From sequence record CP121101.1: DNA of 64,000 bases; one strand, 5' to 3'. The notes below the pieces were generated by a model. The model ran no database searches and was not told the origin of the DNA. It saw nothing but the letters and a program-made list of their open reading frames with translations. The position numbers were made by a program, and so were the translations under genes. Below, piece after piece: positions 17,924 through 27,478 of this stretch. The stretch comes from a plasmid. Positions within the stretch are counted from its first letter, which is position 1. Each line of letters begins with the position of its first letter.

Positions 17924-18304
17924 AATGCCTACCTTAAAATCTGGCGTGAGCCTAGTTAAGAGTTAACCTGTTGGTTGGATTTTTGTACGTGATGCCAAAT
18001 GGCTGCTAGATGGTTACACGGACTAGCTATTCAGGCATGTTGCCCGAAATTCATCATGCCGATACGACCAAGTATGGGTATGTAGAATCAGGGGAACCTG
18101 CTAGATGCTGATGTGTGAGGGGATGGTGTGTGCAAGCCCCTGGTAAGGGGACTTGCGAATCACCAAGAACGAATATTGGATTTCGTGGCGTGGGATAAAG
18201 TTAGGGATCGCCATACAGCAATCACAGGTTTAGAAATCTGCCACCCGGCGATGCAGCAGGCAGAGAAAACGGCAAGTTCGCCAGCAAAGGTTATGTCCAT
18301 GATT

Positions 18305-18376
18305 TTTCCTGTGACGTCGTGGGTACATCAAACCACTCAGAAAGCAGTTTGATGTACCCACGACAGGAAATTGGAC
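18305..18376. other. Long near-perfect hairpin (about 26-bp stem)
   Basis: The left arm tttcctgt-gac-gtcgtgggtacatcaaac and right arm gtttgatgtacccacgac-aggaaa are separated by a 14-nt loop. Confidence 0.7.
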
Positions 18377-18670
18377 GTTGGGATCTGTCAACAGACAGGG
18401 CGACTTGTTTAACCCCTTGGTCGCCTACTACTGCAGGGCAGCAATTACTTTATAATCTCGCACGTTGATGGAAAATTTACAACCCCCAGCGTGTTCACTA
18501 CTATCCACGAGCGCCTTCACTATGCGGTCCAGGTGTCGTTCTCTGTAACCCAACCCAGTGAGGCCCTCGCTCCCCGCCAACCAGGGATCTCTCAACAATC
18601 GCCCACCTTGCGCTTGCACCCTGTCAGGTTGCGGTAATATGGAGCGGTAAGTCCTTACGCAGATAATGAG

Positions 18671-19105
18671 ATGAGGGTAGCCGGAATGAACGACAAGAAA
18701 CTGGTGAGTGCCAGCAAGATCGGCAAGATGGCATGGTGTCCACATGGAAGCAGCCTACAAGAACAAGGGGTCATTGCGAGTGCTCAGAGCCAGGCTAAGG
18801 CTGACTATGGCACAGCAAGTCATGAGCGTTTGACCGCTGCGGCAATAGAACAACAAGCACAGGACCAACGCTGCTTCGTAGCTAGTTATGCACTGGGGCC
18901 AAACCATGCAGTAACACAGCAACTTCGGGATTGGCGAGATAACAATCTGAGCCATCATCACCTTGGCCGCATTTTCATCAAGACCTACTATGCGTTGTCA
19001 CCATTCACCATCAAGCTGCTATCACCCCTTCCGGGTGCACGCACTGCAGCTAGCTCACTGGTCCTGGCGTTTGCCCGGATGGTGGCAGGAAATGAGGATG
19101 CATGA
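18671..19105 (+). CDS. Hypothetical protein, first gene of a plus-strand three-gene island
   Basis: The ORF's stop overlaps the start of the next gene (ATGA). Confidence 0.4.
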   Translation: MRVAGMNDKKLVSASKIGKMAWCPHGSSLQEQGVIASAQSQAKADYGTASHERLTAAAIEQQAQDQRCFVASYALGPNHAVTQQLRDWRDNNLSHHHLGRIFIKTYYALSPFTIKLLSPLPGARTAASSLVLAFARMVAGNEDA

Positions 19106-19602
19106 TGATGGCATTTCTTATTGCTTTCGTGGTCTTTGTCGCACTGTTGTACCTGGCTGGGCGCAGGTCACACAGGACTAGTTCACCTCTCGGGGTTAAG
19201 GGCAAGATTATATATGCTGACCAAGGCCGAAAATCGAAGCTGTTCATAAACAGAAAGTACGGAATCACTGCGAAACCTGACTTCATCATCACCACCCCGA
19301 ACGGTGAAAACATGATGGTTGAGTACAAGAGCCGCACAGGCCGAGTTTACCAGTCTGACATTGTCCAACTGTTGGCATCCGTCCTAGCGGCTCGTTCAGA
19401 AATGCCGATCCATCGAGCAGTAGTCGTAACCAAGGGAACCCGGCGTGAGATAGAGCTGGGGAGCGACGAACATATTTTTAGGGAAATCTCAAAATTTGTT
19501 TTGTTGGCTCGACGAGCTCAAGAAGGTGAGATCATCAAGATTTTTTCTTCTCATCCAGGAGTATGTCGAACCTGTTCGGTTGCAAATAGCTGCCAACGTT
19601 GA
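19102..19602 (+). CDS. Membrane-anchored PD-(D/E)xK-type (NERD-like) nuclease
   Basis: It has an N-terminal TM helix (MMMAFLIAFVVFVALLYLAG). The catalytic-looking motif is KPDFII..MVEYKSR. A C-terminal CRTCSVANSC cysteine cluster is present. Confidence 0.45.
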   Translation: MMMAFLIAFVVFVALLYLAGRRSHRTSSPLGVKGKIIYADQGRKSKLFINRKYGITAKPDFIITTPNGENMMVEYKSRTGRVYQSDIVQLLASVLAARSEMPIHRAVVVTKGTRREIELGSDEHIFREISKFVLLARRAQEGEIIKIFSSHPGVCRTCSVANSCQR

Positions 19603-19609
19603 TAGGGGG

Positions 19610-20218
19610 ATGATGAAAGTGATCAATCAAATATGCACAAGTGCCTTGACTTGGGTTGAACGAAAATCTGGCAATTTGATGCCTGTTAATGGACCTCTTG
19701 CAATTGCCTATGTGGTCTACCAACTCGCAAAGTCCACAGAGCCTAACTACAGCGTCAATCAAATTCAATTGGTCTCAGGGCTGTTCACGGTAACAAGTCG
19801 CCATGGTGGGTTATCGTTCAGTGTCTTGGCCGGCTGCATTATGCTGCTTAGTATCGTGGCTGTTGCTAAATTTTGCCGTAGTTTACGTTGGCCAATGCTC
19901 GGCGGCAGGGTGTCCATAGCTGCAGTTCTCCTGCCTGCTCTGGTTGCTTGGTGGGTGTACGCCTTGTTCTATTGGCAAACAAGTAGCGGGGATCAATTCA
20001 TGCTGTACCCAGCGTTGTTTGGTATCTGTTTTACAGTTTTGTTTTTGGCATTCAAGGTACCGTTCGTTACCATTGTTGTTGGAATTTTCTCGGCCATTTA
20101 CTTGAGAAACTCAAGCACATTCTCAGCAGAGCATGATGCGGGGAGGTCTGAATCAGACAGAGCAGAGGCCGAACTTGAAAACCAATACGATTGGCATAGA
20201 AATGGGGTAGATGACTAA
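19610..20218 (+). CDS. Polytopic membrane protein
   Basis: It has several hydrophobic helices and probably starts at MMKVINQ. A plus-strand terminator follows. Confidence 0.4.
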   Translation: MMKVINQICTSALTWVERKSGNLMPVNGPLAIAYVVYQLAKSTEPNYSVNQIQLVSGLFTVTSRHGGLSFSVLAGCIMLLSIVAVAKFCRSLRWPMLGGRVSIAAVLLPALVAWWVYALFYWQTSSGDQFMLYPALFGICFTVLFLAFKVPFVTIVVGIFSAIYLRNSSTFSAEHDAGRSESDRAEAELENQYDWHRNGVDD

Positions 20219-20243
20219 GCCGCTATCCAACGGAAACGACAAT

Positions 20244-20266
20244 GGGGCCGCAAGGCCCCATTTTTA
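20244..20266 (+). terminator. Terminator of the plus-strand island
   Basis: The hairpin ggggccgcaaggcccc is followed by attttt. Confidence 0.55.
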
Positions 20267-20294
20267 TACCGTTAACATTTCTGGTATTTCAACG

Positions 20295-21764
20295 TTATTT
20301 CATGAAAGAGGCTCCCACTTTCGTGGCTAGTCCGGCCCCCCCCTTTGCCATGGACGCCAGTTTGCCGACGTTCCCAGATGTTCCACCAAAGTCAGCACCA
20401 TGGGATCCAACCCCAGGCATGACAACCTGTATGCCAACCAGCCCCAGGATGAAGAACCAGACCAATGGCAAATACGTGTAAAGCTGAAGAGCTGCTGCAC
20501 GAGCGTATGTTCCATTCGTGGATACGGTCGCAAATATGACATCAACCAGACTGCCCACCCAGGTTGCCAATGACACGATGGCAGTCGTGAACTCAACCCC
20601 GAAATAGAGACCCGCAAGCAGCAGAGTAACTTTTATGTCGAAGCCTCTAAATACCAAGATGATGGGTATAACCATTAGTAGAATCATTTGCACAACGGCC
20701 ATCTGAATCGGGATAGACTGACGAAACACGATCGCGTCTGGAGCGTTGACAGCATTCGCAACTGATGTTGTAAATGCTGCGATCATCTGAGCAACTTCGC
20801 TATCCTCATTGTTGGTTCTGGTACCCATACTATCTTCAACAACAATTTTTCCGCCTGGTAATTGGAAGGCATCGCCAATTGCTCTTTTGGTGCTACCAAT
20901 CATCTCACCTGCAAGCCGATATGCGATCTCCTGCTCGGAGAGATTATGCTTCTCCGCCATCTGCTTTAGCATGACAGGAAAGCCCTCGGTTTGATTTAGG
21001 CGCTGCAAGCTGCTTCCCATCAAATGAACGAAGGCTTGATTGCACCCCAGAATTGTTTGGCCGCCCGAGTTATCACCAGCCAGGCCCAGGCCGGAGGCAA
21101 CCTCACTATTAACGAGAACCACACTCCCTTCTTTCTTGTACTGAGCGATGAAATCAGGATGGCCTATCCACCAGGTTCCATCAAACTTAGAGCCTTGGGA
21201 CACTTTACCGGAAGCGGGTGCGAGACAACTCTTGCCCCACTGTTGGGCTAGTTCTCGATCTTGTGGGTTGGTGAAATTTGCGGAATTCACGTTTGAATTT
21301 ATAGCAGCGATGTCCTCAGCGCATGGTGTTGTCGAGATAACCACGTTTGTGGTGATACTGGAAAAGTCATGCACTGCTGCCCAAAACATTGGTGCCTTGG
21401 TACTCGAGCTATTGAAATTCCCCACCATGCTAATTACTGAGTTTGTTGGATTTGGCGCACCAGGATCAACACACGAATTTGCAGGACGTGTGGCGATATT
21501 ACTTGTAACATCCACCACTGGAATAAAGGCCAGAATAAACACAGTAAAAATGCCGAGTAATCGCTTCCTTAGAAATTTAACCGCTAGCTCACCGGCATTT
21601 CCTTCATCATCCCCTTGGGTCATGGCTTCAACTATAGACTGGACTATAGCCACAAAGAATGGGGCATAGACTAGGCCACTTATACATAATGCTTCAACTA
21701 CAACATCCATCATATGCACCCCCATCAAGAGGGTGTACGGATCAACCCAATGGTTTGCGATCAT
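20295..21764 (-). CDS. traG: TraG N-terminal-domain family membrane protein, paralogue B
   Basis: It is a polytopic membrane protein, clearly paralogous to 21761-23283. The N-termini MIANHWVDPYTLLMGVH and MIVNEWIEPYTLMMGVH align, and the NAGELAVKFLRK block is shared. Confidence 0.5.
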   Translation of the reverse strand: MIANHWVDPYTLLMGVHMMDVVVEALCISGLVYAPFFVAIVQSIVEAMTQGDDEGNAGELAVKFLRKRLLGIFTVFILAFIPVVDVTSNIATRPANSCVDPGAPNPTNSVISMVGNFNSSSTKAPMFWAAVHDFSSITTNVVISTTPCAEDIAAINSNVNSANFTNPQDRELAQQWGKSCLAPASGKVSQGSKFDGTWWIGHPDFIAQYKKEGSVVLVNSEVASGLGLAGDNSGGQTILGCNQAFVHLMGSSLQRLNQTEGFPVMLKQMAEKHNLSEQEIAYRLAGEMIGSTKRAIGDAFQLPGGKIVVEDSMGTRTNNEDSEVAQMIAAFTTSVANAVNAPDAIVFRQSIPIQMAVVQMILLMVIPIILVFRGFDIKVTLLLAGLYFGVEFTTAIVSLATWVGSLVDVIFATVSTNGTYARAAALQLYTYLPLVWFFILGLVGIQVVMPGVGSHGADFGGTSGNVGKLASMAKGGAGLATKVGASFMK

Positions 21765-23283
21765 GATGATTTTCCGCCTGACTTCATGAATGACTTGCCG
21801 GCGGAGTTTGCCATACTTCCCGCTTGTTGCTGGATGCGAACGCTTGTATTGAGCCCATTGCTTACGCTCTGCTCCACTCCTTGAGAGGCACTTCCTATCA
21901 TCTGGCTGCCACCCTTAATGCCTACATAAGCCATGAGTGCCATCCACAGCTTTGGCAACAAGTCATAAGAGGTGTAACCAACCCTGGTCAAGATGCTCTC
22001 TTGCAGCCCAGAACGAATGTTGCAGAGCCCGCCCCAACCCCACCGTTGATGCTTGAATAGAAGAATAAATTGAGGGTATTATCCATCCAGGTGGCCAGGT
22101 TTACAAAAACCAACGTGAATTCAAGCCCGAAATATGTTGCGCTAATTGCAAGGGCAGTTTTTATATTGAAACCAGAGAATACCAACAAGATGGGCGTGGC
22201 CATAATAAGGGTCATCTGCATCACACAGATCTGAATCGGTGTTGTATTCTTCAACACTATCGTGCCCGGCGCCTTTAGCAAATTTCCAACCGCTGTCCCT
22301 AACCATCCGATCATCTCTTTCATGTAACCAGAAGCACTGTCTGGAGCAACAGAATGATCTGTTTCGCCTGCGAATAGATTGGTAAGTTGGGCGCTTGTTT
22401 GTGGTTGCACTTTGGCTACCTTCGACATCGCCAACTTCTTCTCTGTATCTGAGTCTTGTGAAGCGTTAATCAATATTTCTAGAGACCCTTGCGACTGGTT
22501 CCTTGCAGCCGAAACTGCGGCAGCCTCAATGTGTTGGTAAGCGACATCGCAATTTAGCCTTACTTCACCACCTTCAGATAGCCCAACCGGCAAGCCTGCT
22601 GCGATCGCGGACTCCCTGCTTATTAGAACCGTATTTTGCTCCTTCTTATAAAACTCACGCATTGACTGGGAGCCCGCCCAGGTAGAGTCATCAAGACTTC
22701 CTCTACGGGTTGCATCACCAACTGCAGGGCTGAGGCATGCACGTTGCCAACTATCTGCAATGGTCTGGTCATAACTATTCTCAAGATTTGCCGCCTGAAT
22801 ATTAACAGATGCCATCTGCAAATCAGCAGCACAAGGAGTATTGGCAATAACTGTGTTTGTGAATGTTGAAGCATAGTCATGAACCGCGAGCCACCAAACG
22901 GGTACTTTGGTGTAACCGCCTTGAAAATTACCCATCATCATTTGCTGATTTGTTGTTGGAGGCGCCTGGATTCGCTGATCTCCATCGCAAGAATAATTGC
23001 TTATGTTGACATCAAATCTCATCTGACTGTTCGCCATTGGAACGAAGGCGAGAATAAACACTGGGAAAATGATCAATAGTTCTTTGCGGAGAAATTTCAC
23101 CGCTAATTCACCGGCATTACCCTCATCCACGCCCTGAGTCATTGCCTCAACAATTGATTTAACGATCGCAAAAAAAAATGGTGCATAAACCAATCCACTG
23201 GAGCAAAGTATTTCAGTGATGACTCCCATTGAGTGCACACCCATCATAAGCGTGTACGGTTCTATCCACTCATTTACAATCAT
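21761..23283 (-). CDS. traG: TraG N-terminal-domain family membrane protein, paralogue A, frameshifted near 21990
   Basis: ORF 21988-23283 plus the 76-aa ORF 21761-21991. The tail of the small ORF (GKSFMKSGGKSS) matches the C-terminus of paralogue B. Confidence 0.5.
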
Positions 23284-23570
23284 CAGAGTGCCCCATGCAT
23301 TATTTCAACCGTAGTGAACGCTACAGCCATTAGGATTTGACTTTGCCACAAAAATTTCTTCCCCTCTTTGGTCAGCACCTTTTTTGTTGCACGCTCTATT
23401 ATTTTTGGGAGCGCAATTATTAGGCTTGGAACTATTATCCATTTTGCCACGGTGGCCCAACGGGAAAACTGTTGCCAAGCCTCGCTCTTCGTGTCCACGA
23501 GAAGAATCAAAAATATCGAACAAAGCAGCACTGCAAGTATATATATAACAAAAAGGAGGTATTTTTTCAT
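23283..23570 (-). CDS. Small membrane protein
   Basis: 95 aa with two hydrophobic helices, between traH and traG. Confidence 0.4.
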   Translation of the reverse strand: MKKYLLFVIYILAVLLCSIFLILLVDTKSEAWQQFSRWATVAKWIIVPSLIIALPKIIERATKKVLTKEGKKFLWQSQILMAVAFTTVEIMHGAL

Positions 23571-23631
23571 TTCAGCTCCAGGGATTTATAGAGAAAGCAA
23601 CGGATATGCCGTTGCTTTCTACTGGGAAATA

Positions 23632-24984
23632 TTAATTTGCAGTGCCAACAGGTAATTCATTTGTTGGCGTTCTGTACGAACCAGGCTTGTTCTCCATATT
23701 TGCTCTACGCAGAATGTCTATCTGAGCACTGCCGGCGAGCTCTTTCTTGAAGCGAAGTTCACGCTCAAGTAGATCCATCTCCTGGATAAGCAGGGCCCTC
23801 TTGTGGAGTGCCTCAGATCGAACAGCTTCGTTGTTCGTCACGCTTTCATCCCGTAAACCAGCGTCCATGATCCGCACAGAGTGAAGAAGTTTTTCATATG
23901 TGTTGGCCATAGAGATATCGGTCGCTAGCGCCGCCACATAGGCAGCTTGTTCTGTCGGGTGGATTTGCTTTATCGCAAGCAACAGATCCCGGGTCACCTT
24001 AATGCTTGATGTTGATGCGCTTTCGAGATCCTTGGCAGTGATGCTAGAACTAGGGCGCCTTGCAAGATCCAGTAACTTGGAATTGGTTGCATCGAACTCC
24101 TTGGCGTATGCGGCTTTTGCACCGATGCCTCTATCCTCTTCACGAGGTGAAGCGTCACTGTCGGTATACATCCTGGTTTCACCCACAACATCCGAGATGA
24201 AGGTGTTGGCCTCCCGAGGTGACTTGAATACGGCCCCCATCCCCATAGCGTTAGTAGCTGATGTAGGCAAGGGGGAGCTATCGGTCGCAGCACGTCCAGC
24301 CAACGCGTTGAACCCGGCATATGAAGTGTGTTCTGTTACCTTGATCGGTTTACCAATCATCCCTCTCTTCTCGACACCGAAGTCAACGCCCTTCTTGCCG
24401 TCGTCATAACTCCGCCCGGCCGAGCCATCCTTGAAGACGAGATCCTTTAGCTGATAGTTTCCGTTTGCGTGCTTCTTGATGGCCTCCGCATATTCCTCAC
24501 TCACCGTGAGATTCTTGAGAGCCCCAGCAGGCAATGAATCGAAAACTCCTTGCTGCATCTCCTGGCAAGTCATTACGTTGGCATTGAAAGCATCTGTGGC
24601 CGTCATACTGCCTGACATCAACATGTCATAGACATCAGGATTTGCTCTCTGAATAGCCATCCCGATGAGGCTAGTGGGATTCACTGCAGCCATCAGTTGG
24701 CCTACCAGTGATGACTGCAGCTGTTTGAAGGCGCCGGAGTTGAAGCTACCAAGCATCTCACTGTTCAAGCTCATAGCAGAACACGACAGATCAACATTCC
24801 AGCCGGCAGAAGCTTTGCTGAATGGTTCGGTCGATGATGGTGCATCGATGGGCCGGCCACCACCAATCCGCTGATTTATAACCGCTCGCTCATCAAACTG
24901 TGCAGCCCAAGTGGGCCCACTGAACAAGGCTAGTAGACAGGCCACTGATAGAATTCGTTTTTGCATCATCATCCCCAAGTTCAT
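23632..24984 (-). CDS. traH: F-type pilus assembly protein TraH-like
   Basis: It has a signal peptide (MNLGMMMQKRILSVACLLALFSG) and is about 450 aa. Its position between traU and traG matches F-like order. Confidence 0.5.
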   Translation of the reverse strand: MNLGMMMQKRILSVACLLALFSGPTWAAQFDERAVINQRIGGGRPIDAPSSTEPFSKASAGWNVDLSCSAMSLNSEMLGSFNSGAFKQLQSSLVGQLMAAVNPTSLIGMAIQRANPDVYDMLMSGSMTATDAFNANVMTCQEMQQGVFDSLPAGALKNLTVSEEYAEAIKKHANGNYQLKDLVFKDGSAGRSYDDGKKGVDFGVEKRGMIGKPIKVTEHTSYAGFNALAGRAATDSSPLPTSATNAMGMGAVFKSPREANTFISDVVGETRMYTDSDASPREEDRGIGAKAAYAKEFDATNSKLLDLARRPSSSITAKDLESASTSSIKVTRDLLLAIKQIHPTEQAAYVAALATDISMANTYEKLLHSVRIMDAGLRDESVTNNEAVRSEALHKRALLIQEMDLLERELRFKKELAGSAQIDILRRANMENKPGSYRTPTNELPVGTAN

Positions 24985-25117
24985 GAAACAGCCTATTTTA
25001 ACTTGCTTGCTCAGAGAAATGGGGTGCGCAAATGGACGTGGATTATCCGCCACACCGGAAGTTGCATTGGCTCGAGACCGTGTTAACGTGGACCCAGTTA
25101 ATTGAAGGAGTTGTTTT

Positions 25118-25435
25118 ATGGCTCAAATCAAGCTTCCAAAGCCTATCTACTACGATGATCTGAAGAATGCCGATACCGGGCATGAAATGTTCAGCTACCT
25201 TGTATTGGCGGCCGATCATTACCAAGTGCCGATGAATTGGGACATGAGCTACCCAGAGATGGCGAAAGCGATCCAGGGGCAATTGCAGGCTCTAGATCTT
25301 GATACGGCCGAAGCATCTGCACAGGTAGAAGGGATGTATTGCATGATGGAACTGGTCGCGTTGATCAATCAAAAGCAGCCAGGGGATAGCCAGGCTAAGC
25401 AGCGGCATGTTCAGAGAGGTGCATTCAAAAAGTGA
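25118..25435 (+). CDS. Hypothetical small protein; opposite-strand insert in the tra operon
   Basis: It has a strong AAGGAG RBS. Confidence 0.4.
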   Translation: MAQIKLPKPIYYDDLKNADTGHEMFSYLVLAADHYQVPMNWDMSYPEMAKAIQGQLQALDLDTAEASAQVEGMYCMMELVALINQKQPGDSQAKQRHVQRGAFKK

Positions 25436-25716
25436 AGAACCCTGAACCCAGCTTGGACCGTGAGGCTGTCATTTCTGCTATTGGCGCATACATCAAGTTA
25501 CGAGGGTGCAATGAGGTGCTTGCGTCGCGTAATCTTGAGATGATTGTGACTCGTGTTACCCCTTTTGTTGATGAACCCGATGCCGTTGCCCTGATCGTAA
25601 AATTCATGTCGATTCGGCACACTTCCTCTACTCGCATGCTGACCGACATTTACGACCTACTGTCTACAAAAGACTGGCAAGTAACGATAGGCTCCTTTAT
25701 TTCAGGTTCCCAATAA
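25432..25716 (+). CDS. Hypothetical small protein, translationally coupled to 25118-25435
   Basis: It starts at a GTG that overlaps the upstream stop. Confidence 0.35.
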   Translation: MKNPEPSLDREAVISAIGAYIKLRGCNEVLASRNLEMIVTRVTPFVDEPDAVALIVKFMSIRHTSSTRMLTDIYDLLSTKDWQVTIGSFISGSQ

Positions 25717-25745
25717 TTGAGAAGGCCCCTTGTGGGCCCTCTTCG

Positions 25746-26825
25746 TTAAATACGGTATAGGAAAGTTCCTCTCCTGGCACAACACTCATACCGTCGCCAA
25801 AGTGTGTAGAGGTAGTTATGGGTCGGAGAGAAGTCATCTTCACTGTACTTGAATTCCTCGCTCGAATCTGCTGGGAATGCCTTGCACTCAGTCTTCCCGC
25901 GTGGATAGTTTCTTTGCCATTTGGCCGTTTCAGCATCTCCTTCACGGGGTGGGACTGGAGCCCACACTTTCGCAGAACCAGCAGTGTCAGGTAATTTTTG
26001 ATAGATGTGGGCATTCAATGATGTGACAATATCGGCGGCCCGTTGGGCGATTACCGTTGAACTGATATATCTGTTCGGATTAACGATTGACCCAATTCTG
26101 GGGAATATGTACCCGAAACGTTCACTCGACTGAACTATATCTCCATACCCGCCGAGTGCGCTTCCTACAGTCCCGCTCAGTGCATCACCACTCTTTGCAA
26201 AGATCTTTCGATTGAAGTTGGATGGAAGCACTAATAAAGGAGCTTCCAGAAGTCCCATCCGCCATTCCGGATCAAGAGTTGAAACGAAGTATGGGTTGAA
26301 CGGCATGACATCACTATTACAGAATCCCGACAGACTTAGCATGCTTCCCACGATGTCCCTGAAACCGAGCAAGGCTGGGTTTCCATAAACATTCGTATCG
26401 AAGAAGTTCTTATTCGTTGCAGTACCAGTAGGCGAACCGCGGACACCAGTCCCAACATCGAAACCGTGATTCAGACCCCTTGCCAGTGGATCGGTAACTT
26501 GTGACATTGGTTTCGTCAACCAGGTGAGAGGGTAGGCCTCCCTATTTGATACTGTCTCTACTATGACATCTGGGTTGTAATGACTGACCACACTAGATGT
26601 TCTGACCCGACAATACGGGCCGGCACAGTGAAGCCAGAAGCACACCCCTTTGATTTTGTAGTCGACACATGCAAGGTCCATTGTGTCCGCTATTAGATCG
26701 AAGATTTCGACCTTCTTATCACCATCAGGAAGAGTGCTATTGGCATCTATGGCCATCGACTTTCCACTTATGACCATTAAGCACGAAATAGCAATCCGCG
26801 CGCCTAGAGATAATTTATTCACCAT
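25746..26825 (-). CDS. traU: TraU-like conjugal transfer protein
   Basis: It has a signal peptide. The cysteine pattern VDYKIKGVCFWLHCAGPYCRVRTSSVVSHYNPD matches the TraU hallmark GICIW..C..GC.V.T..KVGHYNPD. Confidence 0.6.
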   Translation of the reverse strand: MVNKLSLGARIAISCLMVISGKSMAIDANSTLPDGDKKVEIFDLIADTMDLACVDYKIKGVCFWLHCAGPYCRVRTSSVVSHYNPDVIVETVSNREAYPLTWLTKPMSQVTDPLARGLNHGFDVGTGVRGSPTGTATNKNFFDTNVYGNPALLGFRDIVGSMLSLSGFCNSDVMPFNPYFVSTLDPEWRMGLLEAPLLVLPSNFNRKIFAKSGDALSGTVGSALGGYGDIVQSSERFGYIFPRIGSIVNPNRYISSTVIAQRAADIVTSLNAHIYQKLPDTAGSAKVWAPVPPREGDAETAKWQRNYPRGKTECKAFPADSSEEFKYSEDDFSPTHNYLYTLWRRYECCARRGTFLYRI

Positions 26826-27336
26826 TCCCCCTTGTCGAGCCGTTCAACTCTCCGCGGCTGCGCGTCTTTTCAAAGATCGAGTAGGCCTGTAGAGGATCGA
26901 GGCCATACACTATCCATTTTTTATTAAAAACAACTGCTGGTACCTTCTCTACATTCAGAGAACGAGCCAACGTCAAAGACTCTGCAGTAGACGCATACTT
27001 TTCCAGGACACTCATTTTACTTAGCTTCGCGAACCGTTTGGTGGCAATTGCAGCAGCCTCCGCTTCAGAGGCTGGAAGCCCGGCACTCAATTCCATCTCA
27101 AGCTTGTAGATTTCATCTATCTGTCGGATGTGCACTGGTACTATCAACTTTTTAGCCAGTTGAGCACTTTCCACGTCATATCGAAGGCCATCCACGGTAA
27201 ACACATCTACTTGAGTAACCTGAACTTCAGTAGCTTTAGCTTGCGAGTTCAAAATCGGGATCAGGAAGGTGAAAGCCATCAAGCTACGTCTTATCATCTG
27301 CCGCGCCTCCATGCCCTTCCAACCTTCCCCATGCAC
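26815..27336 (-). CDS. Conjugal transfer periplasmic protein, possibly TraW-like
   Basis: Its position between traC and traU matches traW in F and SXT. It has a signal peptide (MIRRSLMAFTFLIPILNSQA). I could not confirm the family from sequence. Confidence 0.3.
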   Translation of the reverse strand: MHGEGWKGMEARQMIRRSLMAFTFLIPILNSQAKATEVQVTQVDVFTVDGLRYDVESAQLAKKLIVPVHIRQIDEIYKLEMELSAGLPASEAEAAAIATKRFAKLSKMSVLEKYASTAESLTLARSLNVEKVPAVVFNKKWIVYGLDPLQAYSIFEKTRSRGELNGSTRGNGE

Positions 27337-27478
27337 ATCAAGGGGTGGACCGTTTCGCTGAACTCAACAATTGCAGGTTGCCGATAAGAGTTTCTAGCAT
27401 CGGGGCCTCGGTTCAGGGGGGCTGTGTGCTTCAGCCTGGCTCTATCCCAGACGGTCGCGGGACATCTTACCGGCGTCA

